Positions 9,009 through 20,343 of a stretch of DNA of 64,000 nt are shown in pieces. The stretch lies in the IMG/VR virus record IMGVR_UViG_3300022927_000015, positions 8,313 to 72,312 of that record. One strand, given 5' to 3'. The DNA comes from a virus. The notes below the pieces were generated by a model, which saw only the letters and a list, made by a program, of their open reading frames with translations, searched no databases and was not told where the DNA came from. Positions within the stretch are counted from its first letter, which is position 1, and each line of letters opens with the position of its first letter. Both the position numbers and the translations under genes were made by a program.

Positions 9009-9563
9009 TTAGGTAAGATTAACTGCTATATTAAGTATGTTATATGTGAAGTTAATATCAAAGGTTTGGAATTCTACTGTATTGCTTGAAAAGTTTAAAT
9101 CTAATGCACTTACACCGGTCATTATCATATCTTTTAGCTGAACGGTAACAAAAATATTTCCTTCGCCGTCTAACATTTGCAAACCTACACCTTCTGGTAC
9201 GAACGGATCTTTACCTGATAGCTTATAGTAATAGTCAAAAGTTTCAACAGCCATCCAATAATTTATCCACCCATCAAATGCTTGCATGGTAACAGTTAAA
9301 GTTTTATCAAATAGCTCTTGTGTAGGTAAGCTACTTCTAAAGCTCCTAGTATTACCTGGGAAGTCATTTTGTGTAACAGGATCAAAAGATGGGCCTGGTA
9401 AATTCATTGACTGTATTCCGTAATTAAAATAGTCAATAGGTTCCTTTATAAGACCACCAGGTATCCTATTTAGATAAGGCCTATACTTATTTGAAATTTC
9501 CTTTGGAATAAAAGTTCTAGGAAACTCAAACCTAAATTGATTATTTCTTGCGCTTAATATCAT
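9009..9563 (-). CDS. Tail tube terminator/completion protein (T4 gp3-like, tube fold)
   Basis: IQSMNLPG, LDGEGN, VSALDLNF, FDINFTY tube-family motifs. Confidence 0.6.
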   Translation of the reverse strand: MILSARNNQFRFEFPRTFIPKEISNKYRPYLNRIPGGLIKEPIDYFNYGIQSMNLPGPSFDPVTQNDFPGNTRSFRSSLPTQELFDKTLTVTMQAFDGWINYWMAVETFDYYYKLSGKDPFVPEGVGLQMLDGEGNIFVTVQLKDMIMTGVSALDLNFSSNTVEFQTFDINFTYNILNIAVNLT

Positions 9564-9566
9564 ATC

Positions 9567-10496
9567 TTACTCTGCTATGAACCCGCCGCTGCCGCTCCTA
9601 GATTGGCTAAGACCTGATGCAACATTTAATTTTCCTGTTACTGGAGTTCTTTTAGTATTAAATTCCTGTAAATTATTAGCGGCCTGTTTGAAGTATCTTT
9701 TTTCTTTTTTCTTTGATGTTTGAATTTGTGCCTTTTTCCGTATTGCAGTAACCTGTTCCCTTTTCTTTTTATTTGCATCAGCTAAAGCCTGGGCTTCTTC
9801 CGCTTCCTTTAGAGCCAGTTCAGATTCTGCAGATCCTAGCTTATCGGTAAGAGTTGCTACTTCATTAGTGAGAGATAAGTTAGATGCTTCTAATGCTTGT
9901 ATAGTTGCAATTTGTTCTTCATCCAAAGATATCATTTCAGCTAATTGAGTATTAAGCCTTTCTATCTCAGACTGTAATTTAGCAAGTTCTTGTGAATATA
10001 GCAATGCCTGTTCATTTAACTTAGAAGTCATTGTTTGTTTGGCAGCATCATTTAAGCCTAAGAATGTACCTGTGTACAAAACGCTTTCATCACTTACACC
10101 GCTTTCATCCTCCATTCTTGTAGAGATATAAAAGTTATTATTATCCAATGATAAAATCTTCTTTGAATTTTCTTTATCAATTTTAAAGAGTACTTGACCC
10201 TGGGAAGGATCCACTTCTTGTACCCTTGTAAAATTAGGAATTCTTATTTCATCATTTTCACCAACAAAAACTAAAGTAAGAGTACCTACATTACTTAAGT
10301 CAATCGGCTTATCCACCAATTCACTATTTTCACCAGTCTCATCAAACAGCGTAAAGATAATGTAATCATCAAATGGTGATATTCTAATAACACCATCACC
10401 CTGTGGTAACGGCTCGGCCGTAGGATTGAGAGTCGTAAACTTTTTATAGTATTCTCTTTCCTTTTTTGTTACTGATATGTTAGTCTGTACTGCCAT
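9567..10496 (-). CDS. Putative structural protein with C-terminal coiled coil
   Basis: 309 aa ORF in the late operon; heptad-rich C-terminal half. Confidence 0.6.
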   Translation of the reverse strand: MAVQTNISVTKKEREYYKKFTTLNPTAEPLPQGDGVIRISPFDDYIIFTLFDETGENSELVDKPIDLSNVGTLTLVFVGENDEIRIPNFTRVQEVDPSQGQVLFKIDKENSKKILSLDNNNFYISTRMEDESGVSDESVLYTGTFLGLNDAAKQTMTSKLNEQALLYSQELAKLQSEIERLNTQLAEMISLDEEQIATIQALEASNLSLTNEVATLTDKLGSAESELALKEAEEAQALADANKKKREQVTAIRKKAQIQTSKKKEKRYFKQAANNLQEFNTKRTPVTGKLNVASGLSQSRSGSGGFIAE

Positions 10497-11856
10497 CGTC
10501 TTCGGTTAATGTTTGTATTTTTGCTGGTGAAATTGCAGCCTTTACATTTAATCTATCCCTAAATGAAGTAACATACTTGGTCTTAACTACTAATTGCTCT
10601 ACAATTTTTTCTGATGTTTCCCCTGGTCTAGTTCCAGAATTTCCATTATTAACTATGATGTTACTTCCATCATCTTTAGATATCTGATTATAGACATTTG
10701 CAACTGTAGGTACTACACCTAAGTTTATCTTCATTAATCTTCTTCCGTATTTCTTAACATCAAATGAAGTTAAATTTGCTTGTTTAATTATCTGTGTATT
10801 ATCAGCTCTATTATAAAGTCTTAATAAGTAATTTATTGAAAAGGATGCAGCAATTGAACTATTTAGTACAATAGGTCTAAATAGGATAGGATTATCAAAG
10901 TTTGTGGTTTGTGTATATACCTGAGTACTGGTTTTGGTAAAGTTAGTACCTATCTGTTCACTTACATTAATTTCATGGAATACAACATAGTCACCACCTG
11001 ATGAATTAAGTTGTGCAATGAAATTAGAAAAAGTAGAACCGGTCACCATCCCAGTTAGCTCAAAGTAATCTCCACTATCCGATTCAACCACACTTGCATA
11101 AAGATCATCATAGATGTCTCTGTTTGCAATAGTAACTGAATTAATTTCTTCTACATTATAATAGCTATAACTGTTTTCAACTATAGTTTCATAAATCCCA
11201 GTAGCCTTAAGTGTAATAGTAGGAGTACCTAAAAAGCCTTGTCCTTCTGTTAACTTATAACCTAGACCGTTAGGTACAGCATTATTAAATCCATTATTCA
11301 TAAAGTAAAGAGAAGGTACACGCCATTCAATATAAGTAGCATATAACTTGTCATTAATTAGAATTGGATCAGGATTAAATACAGGTGTATCCGTCTTTAA
11401 GAAATTTATAGACGATAAGTTTAGCATCTTACCATCTCTTCTAGGAACTAGTGTTTCAAAAATAATTCCATCAAATCCAGTAAAGCTAAATCCTGAAATA
11501 AAATGGACCCTTATCTTATCATATGCAATCAGCTGCTGTGGGCTAAAAGATTGTAAAAGACTTGCACTATCTGTTAAGAGTGGGTCAAAATCATTATAAG
11601 GAACACCTATGTCAGTATCTAAATAAGCATACTGTGTTTTATTTTCATTGATGGCAGCTACAGATATATCACGATAGTTACCCATCTCAGCTGCAACCGC
11701 ATCAGTATTAAATAAGTAACTACCACCCGTATGACCATCTCTCATGATCTCAATAGGGTATGTTGCTGTACTAAACTCTGTTGGATTAGACTGGCTAGTG
11801 TAAATATACTCAATAAGTATACCGTCTGATATTTGTATAAACTTAGATGATTCCAT
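10480..11856 (-). CDS. Putative virion structural protein
   Basis: 458 aa, beta-rich; late promoter 6 nt upstream of the ATG. Confidence 0.6.
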   Translation of the reverse strand: MESSKFIQISDGILIEYIYTSQSNPTEFSTATYPIEIMRDGHTGGSYLFNTDAVAAEMGNYRDISVAAINENKTQYAYLDTDIGVPYNDFDPLLTDSASLLQSFSPQQLIAYDKIRVHFISGFSFTGFDGIIFETLVPRRDGKMLNLSSINFLKTDTPVFNPDPILINDKLYATYIEWRVPSLYFMNNGFNNAVPNGLGYKLTEGQGFLGTPTITLKATGIYETIVENSYSYYNVEEINSVTIANRDIYDDLYASVVESDSGDYFELTGMVTGSTFSNFIAQLNSSGGDYVVFHEINVSEQIGTNFTKTSTQVYTQTTNFDNPILFRPIVLNSSIAASFSINYLLRLYNRADNTQIIKQANLTSFDVKKYGRRLMKINLGVVPTVANVYNQISKDDGSNIIVNNGNSGTRPGETSEKIVEQLVVKTKYVTSFRDRLNVKAAISPAKIQTLTEDDGSTD

Positions 11857-11869
11857 TCTAACTATTTAT

Positions 11870-12640
11870 TTACCATTGCAAAAACTTAGGAGTATAACCT
11901 AGACCTATACCTACATACGGTGTAAATCCATTGCTGCCATACCCAACGCCTAGCTGTAATCCAATGCCTAATGTTTTTCTATTTTGTTTTTGGAGATCTA
12001 AAAAACCTTTACTCGTTTGGTCTATTAGTATTCCTTGTGCGCTATTAAAAGTTGTTCCTGGGTAATCAGTTTCAAGATTTACAAAAACCTCTTTGGTTTC
12101 TCTATCTCTCAATATAGAAGCAGTTAACCAAATGTTCTGGTTAAGATCAATAGTAGCATTACCTAGATCTATTGTACTGTCATGTGCTTCATAAGGTACA
12201 ATAATACCAATCTCTCTAGAGCTATTACCCCAAGTAGCAGAGTCCTTAATTTGAAATGCTGAACTAAAATTACCAATGATAGTATCAACCACGGTAACAG
12301 GTACTTCAACAATAACCTCCTTAATAACAGTCTTGGTTTCTATTATTGTAATAGGTGGTTTATTTTTTTCATACTCAAGTGTTTTCCCTAGCTCATCAAT
12401 AGTTAAGGTTAGTGCCATGATCTCAGCTTCAGCATTACCCTTCTCATTAATGTAGTTTTCAATTTCATCCAGTGAAGCTTTCCAATTATTCTCTATTCTT
12501 GTAGCTTCTCCTTTAGCTTCAGTCGTAGCTTGACACTGTCTTAAAAACAAAATACATAGCACAACAATACCACCTAGTAAAAACATTCTAGTATTTTTAG
12601 GATCAGTAATTACGCTTAATATGTTTTTAAGTATTATCAT
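11870..12640 (-). CDS. Membrane-anchored coiled-coil protein with C-terminal beta-hairpin (spanin candidate)
   Basis: N-terminal TM LLGGIVVLCILFL, coiled coil, C-terminal GIGLQLGVGY..PYVGIGLGY..W. Confidence 0.5.
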   Translation of the reverse strand: MIILKNILSVITDPKNTRMFLLGGIVVLCILFLRQCQATTEAKGEATRIENNWKASLDEIENYINEKGNAEAEIMALTLTIDELGKTLEYEKNKPPITIIETKTVIKEVIVEVPVTVVDTIIGNFSSAFQIKDSATWGNSSREIGIIVPYEAHDSTIDLGNATIDLNQNIWLTASILRDRETKEVFVNLETDYPGTTFNSAQGILIDQTSKGFLDLQKQNRKTLGIGLQLGVGYGSNGFTPYVGIGLGYTPKFLQW

Positions 12641-12879
12641 ATACCCTCTTCATAGATCTGTAATAGCTTATAAGGAGTAACATTACTTTCTCCGTATTTT
12701 TCTATTAAGCTATCCATAAACTTTTTTTCCTTTCCTTTCATTTGCTCAAGCTCAGTAAAAAGACTATCTCTCTTTTCCGCCAAACTTTCAATACTCTTTT
12801 GCATTAGGTCAATAGAAGTTTCAATTTCCTTATACCTGTCTACAAATTCTTTAAGCTCTTTTCTTTCTTTTTTATTCAT
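12637..12879 (-). CDS. Small coiled-coil hypothetical protein
   Basis: 80 aa, overlaps both neighbours; LIEKYGE motif. Confidence 0.65.
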   Translation of the reverse strand: MNKKERKELKEFVDRYKEIETSIDLMQKSIESLAEKRDSLFTELEQMKGKEKKFMDSLIEKYGESNVTPYKLLQIYEEGI

Positions 12880-15701
12880 TATGGTAACATATATTGTATT
12901 GTAAATCTAACACCACTACCATTATTACTAACGGTACTTGCGTATGGGTTCCCGACCCAAATACCACTACCCCATTTAAAGGCTAACCCATTTGTACCAG
13001 CAGCGAAGGCTTCTACTGGCATCATCCGAAATGCATAAGATCCACCTGCACCAGAAAAGAGTGTACCACTTCCGTGTAGAACTGTAATGTTGCCTGATGA
13101 TGGCTTAAGCGGTAATGGCCATATACGCTGAGTAGCATTAGATCCACTAGTCGTAGCAGTTCCGCTAAATGTAACATTACGACCTACTCTTATCCATTGC
13201 CCTGTTATAGAACCTCCACCCGTAATTGTATTAGATGGTCCAAATTCTCCACTTGCAAAAATACCTCTAGTTCTCTCAGGGTTAGATGCATATAATGGTG
13301 TTGAAGGCGGTGTGATCGCGCTGGTGTGATCTATATGAATATTACCTTCCGCATACCAAGTAAACTGTTGCCCATTATAATTAGTGGCTTCATTAACACC
13401 ATACGAAAGTAGTTGTAACTTGTCATCATCAGCATCCATTCTTATACCTACAGGTCTGGATTTAGGGGCTATAACTAACCCATTAGTACCAGCAGCTGTA
13501 GCGGTACCCCTATTAATAATAATGTTATCATTATCATTAGACAGTGGTGAATAATCATCAGTACCTACCTGTGTATGAAATTCTATTGCTTTATCATCAG
13601 TACTATTTGTAAATTTAACAGCACCGTTTCTTGCATCACCTTGTACTGATGAATGATTACTTGATACTGCTAAAGTATAACTTTGCGCGGTAATTGGAAT
13701 ATCAGCATCAGCTGGTTGTTTGATATAAACCCAACCCCTGCTGGATCCGCTAGAATCACCGAAGTTAACATGGGATGAATACTGATATGTAGAGCCATAC
13801 GGCTCGTACCCCAATATAACTCTACCATTAGACGAAATTGCAGACGCTTTTATACCACCAGATATATAAACATCCCCACCACTTTGTAAAGCTGTAGCAT
13901 CACCACCTAAAATAGCTACCTGACGACCTATACCTGATAAACCAAAACCAGTAGCAAGTGAATTTCCTGACCCACCTTTAATAGTTAACATATCTCTTGA
14001 GGCAGGTGCTGATGAACCAGCTACAGGTCCAATTATTGTAGGCGATGTCGCTGTAGCCGAACCGGGTGTACCAAACTCTATCCATGAAGCCGTTGCTGCA
14101 CTTCCTGAGCCTATAGGTTTAATACTCATCACTGACTCAGAATTAATCATGCTTAATCCTGTGCCAGTTTTACCGTAACCAACAAAAACACCATTTTGCG
14201 TCACAGTTAATCCTCTGGCTTCATTACCTGTATTTTCTACATAAATCTGAATTCTATTGCTTAACCCACTAACCCCAGTCGGTACGTCTTCTAATGCTAT
14301 TCTATTATCAACATTACCATCAAAATAGATTCTCTCAATACCTGATCCATCATCACCAATAAACTTATTTCCTGACATGGCTACCAATGCACCGGTATCC
14401 TGTATTTCCCATGTACTTGATTGTATACCTGCAGTACCATCCCATCTAACTATTCTATTATTAGTGCCAGTATCGGATGTTAAGCTTGTGCCGTTCCAGC
14501 CTAGTATACCTGGGCTAAAACTACCACCTGTTGATAGTGTTCCTAGTTTACCACTAGAACTTATACCTAATAAACCGGCTGGTGTAATAGGCACAGATTG
14601 AAGTCCTGGGAAATTCCACTCACCACTTAAAGATTCTATATTAACTAGGTCTTTTGCTATTAGCTTCACCTTACCACTATCAAGTACAATGCTACCTTCT
14701 TTAAGTGTTGCGACTGGCAACGTAACATTACCTGCAGAAATAGATGCATCCTTGCTACCTAAAATATTCATTTCATATTTAGGAAGCTTAGATGAATTAA
14801 CCACATTTAGATTAATAGTAAAATCAGATACATCAAGCGGACCTGTAAGAGTAGGCCCCAGAGTACCAGTAGTAAATGAAATTGATCTACCTGCCCTAAA
14901 ACTTTGTCCTTTTTGTAAAGTATAGAGGTTAAATCCATAAGTATCTTGTAAAGATCCAATTGTTCCTGTAACAGATTTAGGTACATTTATAACAATAGAA
15001 TCATCAATACCTAAACCTATTGAAGATAGATTAGCTAAAGCCGATTGTTCATAATTATCAGCAGCAACTGCCCCACCACCCATAAATTTAATCGCAGACG
15101 CCGAACTATCTTTTTGATGAACTAGCATACTTACGACAGATGCATCGATACTACCAGCCATTGTATTGTTAAGCTGGAATGCAGGAGTAAATGGAATTCC
15201 TGGATTAGCAGAAACATCGCCTGGGCCAACCGCGCCTATTAGAGTAGCAGCAACACCTTGGTTACTAACTGTTATTCCTGTTGTTATTGGAGCTGGGTAT
15301 AAAACATTTTGGTAAGTAGCTGCATAATTAGGATATGGGTTATTTCCAAACTGTGACCACCCAACTGATGCACCAGAAGGACCAGCTGGTCCTACTAGGT
15401 TTATTCCAGTATTAGTCCAAGTTAATCCTGTAAATTCCCATACATCACCGTTACTCTGTAAGTAGTAATCAGCAGTTAGCGGGGTTAAAGTAGGTGGCAC
15501 AACATTAGGATCGGCAGTACCTTCATACCACTCAGTTCCTCTTTCTCCTCTACCGCCTATAGGTCCTGGAGGTCCTAACGGTCCAGCAGGTCCAACTGGC
15601 CCACCGCCGTTAAGTAGTAATTGATCAAAGTTAAAATTGATCTTATCAACTACTTGCGAAATAGTATCGGAGGCAAGTAATTCCTGTATTGTTATTGCCA
15701 T
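12879..15701 (-). CDS. Tail fibre protein with short collagen-like segment
   Basis: N-terminal ITIQELLASDTISQVVDKINFNF fibre anchor; GPVGPAGPLGPPGP; G/S/T-rich body. Confidence 0.75.
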   Translation of the reverse strand: MAITIQELLASDTISQVVDKINFNFDQLLLNGGGPVGPAGPLGPPGPIGGRGERGTEWYEGTADPNVVPPTLTPLTADYYLQSNGDVWEFTGLTWTNTGINLVGPAGPSGASVGWSQFGNNPYPNYAATYQNVLYPAPITTGITVSNQGVAATLIGAVGPGDVSANPGIPFTPAFQLNNTMAGSIDASVVSMLVHQKDSSASAIKFMGGGAVAADNYEQSALANLSSIGLGIDDSIVINVPKSVTGTIGSLQDTYGFNLYTLQKGQSFRAGRSISFTTGTLGPTLTGPLDVSDFTINLNVVNSSKLPKYEMNILGSKDASISAGNVTLPVATLKEGSIVLDSGKVKLIAKDLVNIESLSGEWNFPGLQSVPITPAGLLGISSSGKLGTLSTGGSFSPGILGWNGTSLTSDTGTNNRIVRWDGTAGIQSSTWEIQDTGALVAMSGNKFIGDDGSGIERIYFDGNVDNRIALEDVPTGVSGLSNRIQIYVENTGNEARGLTVTQNGVFVGYGKTGTGLSMINSESVMSIKPIGSGSAATASWIEFGTPGSATATSPTIIGPVAGSSAPASRDMLTIKGGSGNSLATGFGLSGIGRQVAILGGDATALQSGGDVYISGGIKASAISSNGRVILGYEPYGSTYQYSSHVNFGDSSGSSRGWVYIKQPADADIPITAQSYTLAVSSNHSSVQGDARNGAVKFTNSTDDKAIEFHTQVGTDDYSPLSNDNDNIIINRGTATAAGTNGLVIAPKSRPVGIRMDADDDKLQLLSYGVNEATNYNGQQFTWYAEGNIHIDHTSAITPPSTPLYASNPERTRGIFASGEFGPSNTITGGGSITGQWIRVGRNVTFSGTATTSGSNATQRIWPLPLKPSSGNITVLHGSGTLFSGAGGSYAFRMMPVEAFAAGTNGLAFKWGSGIWVGNPYASTVSNNGSGVRFTIQYMLP

Positions 15702-15708
15702 TTTGTTC

Positions 15709-18700
15709 TTATTTTTTAACTATAGTTATACTAAACCCAAATGATTCAGTAAACCCTGTCCTTTTGTTATATATTAGGCTCAGATCAAATAGGTTGGTAT
15801 TAAGTAGCTTTGATCCAACCGCCGTGTTAATAGTTAATCCGCTGGCTGCCTTTTCCGAATTTGTTAATGCAGCAGTTGAATAATTTAACGGTAGATTTTC
15901 TCTAGTACTCTTAACGTAAAAATCAACATTTGCTATTTTGTATAATTGTAAGATATTTTGTCTAATGTATCTTTCAACATCATCATCTAAAGTTTCAATA
16001 TCTGCATAACTAAATTCAGGCTTAATATACTTTTTAAACTGTTCTTTAATAGGTCCAAAGAGATACTCAATTAGTCTCTTCTGAATAAACATATAGAACT
16101 TAACATAAGTATCATTTTCCTCTGTCATAAAGTTACCTTCTATAAGAGACGGTTGTTTAATAGCATCTTTAATAAATTCCTCAGAATGTATAAAAGTTTC
16201 AAGTTCAATTTGTTGTGGGACCTTTAAATACTTAGAACCAAAGAATGATTTTCTTTCAGTCATTGCTCTTGTACCAATAACTGATTGTATTTGGGATTTA
16301 TCAATACTCTTTCTAAAATATGCAGGTTCCCAGTTTGAAGAGAATGTATAAAAATCTCTACTAAAAATACCTACTTCATTAATAAGTGGATATAAACTTA
16401 AGTATGCGCTATCAGTAGAAAGCTCTAATACTGTTGAAGGATCTTCCTCATTAACTTTATGATAAAAAAGATTTCTAATTTGTCCAAACCTTTCAGTGTC
16501 GCTACTATTGAATTGTGTGTTTGCATATCTACACAACTCCATAACTTTATACTTGTAAACTTCATCAGGTATTGGACCACCTGTACTACCCGTTCCAGTA
16601 CTACCCGTTCCAGTGCTACCTGTTCCAGTAGATGTATCAAAGTCAATATTAATATAAGGGTCTCTAAAGAAGAATATATCTAACGAAGTTGGCTCATAAT
16701 AACCGGCATGTCTACCAATAGGTGTAACTCTAGGTTTAGTTTGTAATGATAAGTCATATCCAATAATATCAGTCAAGTTAAACACTGTAGGTTTGGCAGG
16801 ATCCGGTAAGACACCAATGTATACAGATTTAATAATATCTTCTTGTGCTCTAAGTTCAATAGAAAATGTTTGTGCTAAATCTCCATTATTATCTAGGATC
16901 CTATTACCTTCTTTATCAATAGTTTCATAGACAATATTAGGTGCACCTTGATTAACATTTTTAAAAATAGAAGCAAAGCCAACATCGGTTAATCTAGACG
17001 TATATGCATTAAAACCGCCGCCGACCGTAAAGTAACTTGATTCTAATAACTCCAACGAACTAGGGGTTGGGCCACCAGGTATATAAGGGGACCCGTTAAG
17101 AGTAATGGTTGTAGCAAAAAACTGTGAATCAGAAACAACCCTCTGTATTCCACTAATCTCATATATGTCGGATCCAATTTCAAATTTTATTGGATTAAAT
17201 TGTCCATCACTACCTATTGTAATATCACGCAAAAATCTAGGAGGTATACCATTTACATCAACCACACCCTGTACAAGATAGGCTTGTACCGTAGGATTAA
17301 ATGAAGTAGCTAAAAAGCTTATTGCACCCTGTACGATACCACGCTCATATAAATATCCTTGTCCTGATACCTGGATAGGTTGGCAGTCTTGTGTTTGATA
17401 ATCACTTTCAAATGAATACAAAACCGTTCTATCAATACTCTGTGAACCCTTATTAACACACTTGTTTTCTAGTGTAAGAAAGATTAACATTACAACAGTT
17501 TTCCACTTATCATTCTTGATAAATTTAATTTGTGTCTCAGGCTTATCAGGTGCATTTGGTATAAGCATTACCGAAAACCTATAATCATTAAATCTACCAT
17601 CATTAACATATGATAATGATTTTGCATTAAAGTTAGGTTTCTTGTTTATATCTGCTTTTGGTTTTGCAATTATTCTAACACCTCTTAAAAAAGCTTCAGC
17701 AAAATTCTTTTCATCGCCTCCACTAAATCTCCCATATCTAAGTTGCTTATCTATTAAGTTTATCTGACCGCCGGTAGTAAACTTATCAACTATAAAGTAA
17801 TCATTAAAGTAATCCTTGTCAATTTTCTGGAATGTACCTGGTGAATATACTGAACCTGTGAAAGGATTTTCTTCAGTAGAATCTACTGGTGCATTATCTA
17901 TATAACTCCATGAACTCTTAATGGCTTCATTATCAAAATAATCAGGAAACTCACATAAGTAATACCATTCATGTGTGAAGCCTAGTGGATCTTGCCCTAT
18001 AGAATATTTTGACGGCGCAAAATTATTTTGCCCGAATGCTTCGCTTAAGTTTAAACTATACGGAAGATTTCTAACATTCTTACCGTCATTTAAGTATGAC
18101 CATTTGTTTATGTAAGGGATTACTCTAGATGCAACGGCCTGTTGTTTTAAATAGTTTTCTTCAAGCCTATCATACTCAGAATTAATAATAGAATCAAAAG
18201 ATTGATCTGGATCTGAGTCTTTTAGCAATCCTATAAGTGTAGCAAAGCCACCATCATCATAATAAAACTCTCTAATTTCAGGATTACTTCGCCCAAATAA
18301 GCTATTTTTGTAGTAGTATTCTTCATAAGATAGCTCACCCATTTGGCTAAACATTGTGCTATAGAAATCATAGTCAAAATCTCTTATAGGAAATATTGAA
18401 AATCTACCAAACGAAGGTCTATAATCAGAATACAGTGCAACTTGACCACTTCGCGTAGTTTCAATTTGATTATCGTTAAGAGTTATAATTACATTCGTGT
18501 CAATATTATTATAACCAATAATTTTACCACTACTGTTTTTTATCGGCTCCTCTAAATAAGGCACCCAATCACCTATCTGGGCAAATCCATCTTTAGACTG
18601 AACATAGTTACCTTTTACGAACCGATCCTGATCTCCTGCTGTAACTTTAAGTAAAGAACCGGTTACGTCATTTCCACCTACAAAGTTTTCATTAGGATTA

Positions 18701-20340
18701 TTTACCGATGTTGATGGGTAGGTTGATATAGCATTAACCATTAACGGATAATCAGTAAAATCTAATTCAAAATTAAGTCTATTAAATCTTGATCCACTAA
18801 ATCTTGACTCTACATAAACCGTATCATTATTATATGAAGCTTCAAAGAATCTCTTCTCTTTAGGTATACCTATATTTATAGCATTTGTTATGGCTTTTGC
18901 AATTTCTTGCGGGGTTCCATTAGGATTAAAGAAATGATATTTACTTTGTCCTACATTAGGTACTTCGATTGAACTAGCAGCCACTTCACCAACTCTATTA
19001 TTGCTATCATAAAAAGTAATCTTAAAACCATCCACTAATTCATTAGTAATCTTAAAGCTACATGTTGATTGCCCTTTTCTCTGTATTATGCTAGCATTGG
19101 CATAGGTATCAGGTGTTTTAAACCCTGCAAGTTTTGATATATCAATTGTTTTGTCAAACAATCTTATTTGATTATTTCCCCAAGTTGAACCCTTCTTGAT
19201 AGTATGAAAGTCGTTATTCTTATCTTTAACATAAAATATGGATTCAACTTCATTAACTCTATTAGGGGTGGGTAGACCAGTAACGGTTGTAGTTTTTGAA
19301 GGGTCAAGAAAAACTAATACACCGTTACTATTTTCAATCTCAAACGGCGTGTTTAATTGTTCAGATACTTCTTGGATAGTTTTAATTTTCGGTAGCTGTG
19401 TCTTTTCGGTATTCTTAAAGAAGCCTTCTCCTGATATATCAAACCTACCTTCTTCTACTTCATTTACATATAATCCAAAATATCTATTAATAGAATAATC
19501 AGGCGCGTCTTTATCGGAAAACAAAAATTCAAGGTTAATTAAGTTTGCTAAAAGAACACCGTTTCTTTCAAATCCTTGAGTAAAGAAAAATTCATTTTGA
19601 ATAATCGTTGAATCCTGTGCAACAAGATCATCGTATGAATAGCTACCTGCTGAGGTAAAGCCACCTTTCTTATAATTAATACCATTCCACTGTATCGGTT
19701 CATCCTTTCTCCAGCTAACGGTCAACGGCGACTTAGGGAACGATTCTAGGTTACGGTAATTTCTAATATAAGATCCAAGTAAACTATTAGAGCTTAAGTC
19801 AAATGTTTTAATTGCTGTACAATTCTCTAATACATTTTTTGTAAAATTAGCTGATGTTTGTGCATTAAGATAATCTGCGTTTTCTAATTCAGCATTAATG
19901 TTATTAACGGCTGCAGGATTATCAATTCTAAATACAACAAAGTAATTGGGTATTTGTTCATTTAGCCATAAAGGCGCTAACATACCTAGATCCTCAGTAT
20001 ATGCCAATGAAGACACTGATCTTGTACCGGCTGAATAGAACATTTCATATTGATTCTGATACTGAGATAAGACCGAAACGTCTTGATATTCTTGGAAAAC
20101 TTCGTAAGCTAAATCGGTAGGAAATTTACCGCCTTGAAAAAATCTAAAGACATCTTTATCATAAGTATCCTTTCCACTTATCTTAAATGCTTTAAATGTA
20201 GAAGATGCCAATTCAGTATTTGCACTGAATGATTCTAAGTAAAGATTATCGCCGTTACTAACTAACTTAACATTAGCTGTTAATTTAGGATTAGTTCTAA
20301 CAATACTATACGATGCTTTGTCAAAAAGTCTTTCGGCCAT
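15709..20340 (-). CDS. Very large virion structural protein (baseplate/tail associated)
   Basis: 1543 aa ORF in the structural block; late promoter upstream. Confidence 0.65.
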   Translation of the reverse strand: MAERLFDKASYSIVRTNPKLTANVKLVSNGDNLYLESFSANTELASSTFKAFKISGKDTYDKDVFRFFQGGKFPTDLAYEVFQEYQDVSVLSQYQNQYEMFYSAGTRSVSSLAYTEDLGMLAPLWLNEQIPNYFVVFRIDNPAAVNNINAELENADYLNAQTSANFTKNVLENCTAIKTFDLSSNSLLGSYIRNYRNLESFPKSPLTVSWRKDEPIQWNGINYKKGGFTSAGSYSYDDLVAQDSTIIQNEFFFTQGFERNGVLLANLINLEFLFSDKDAPDYSINRYFGLYVNEVEEGRFDISGEGFFKNTEKTQLPKIKTIQEVSEQLNTPFEIENSNGVLVFLDPSKTTTVTGLPTPNRVNEVESIFYVKDKNNDFHTIKKGSTWGNNQIRLFDKTIDISKLAGFKTPDTYANASIIQRKGQSTCSFKITNELVDGFKITFYDSNNRVGEVAASSIEVPNVGQSKYHFFNPNGTPQEIAKAITNAINIGIPKEKRFFEASYNNDTVYVESRFSGSRFNRLNFELDFTDYPLMVNAISTYPSTSVNNPNENFVGGNDVTGSLLKVTAGDQDRFVKGNYVQSKDGFAQIGDWVPYLEEPIKNSSGKIIGYNNIDTNVIITLNDNQIETTRSGQVALYSDYRPSFGRFSIFPIRDFDYDFYSTMFSQMGELSYEEYYYKNSLFGRSNPEIREFYYDDGGFATLIGLLKDSDPDQSFDSIINSEYDRLEENYLKQQAVASRVIPYINKWSYLNDGKNVRNLPYSLNLSEAFGQNNFAPSKYSIGQDPLGFTHEWYYLCEFPDYFDNEAIKSSWSYIDNAPVDSTEENPFTGSVYSPGTFQKIDKDYFNDYFIVDKFTTGGQINLIDKQLRYGRFSGGDEKNFAEAFLRGVRIIAKPKADINKKPNFNAKSLSYVNDGRFNDYRFSVMLIPNAPDKPETQIKFIKNDKWKTVVMLIFLTLENKCVNKGSQSIDRTVLYSFESDYQTQDCQPIQVSGQGYLYERGIVQGAISFLATSFNPTVQAYLVQGVVDVNGIPPRFLRDITIGSDGQFNPIKFEIGSDIYEISGIQRVVSDSQFFATTITLNGSPYIPGGPTPSSLELLESSYFTVGGGFNAYTSRLTDVGFASIFKNVNQGAPNIVYETIDKEGNRILDNNGDLAQTFSIELRAQEDIIKSVYIGVLPDPAKPTVFNLTDIIGYDLSLQTKPRVTPIGRHAGYYEPTSLDIFFFRDPYINIDFDTSTGTGSTGTGSTGTGSTGGPIPDEVYKYKVMELCRYANTQFNSSDTERFGQIRNLFYHKVNEEDPSTVLELSTDSAYLSLYPLINEVGIFSRDFYTFSSNWEPAYFRKSIDKSQIQSVIGTRAMTERKSFFGSKYLKVPQQIELETFIHSEEFIKDAIKQPSLIEGNFMTEENDTYVKFYMFIQKRLIEYLFGPIKEQFKKYIKPEFSYADIETLDDDVERYIRQNILQLYKIANVDFYVKSTRENLPLNYSTAALTNSEKAASGLTINTAVGSKLLNTNLFDLSLIYNKRTGFTESFGFSITIVKK
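16583..16627. repeat. 3x15-bp tandem repeat encoding (GTGST)3
   Basis: gtactacccgttcca x2 followed by gtgctacctgttcca. Confidence 0.9.
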
Positions 20341-20343
20341 TTA

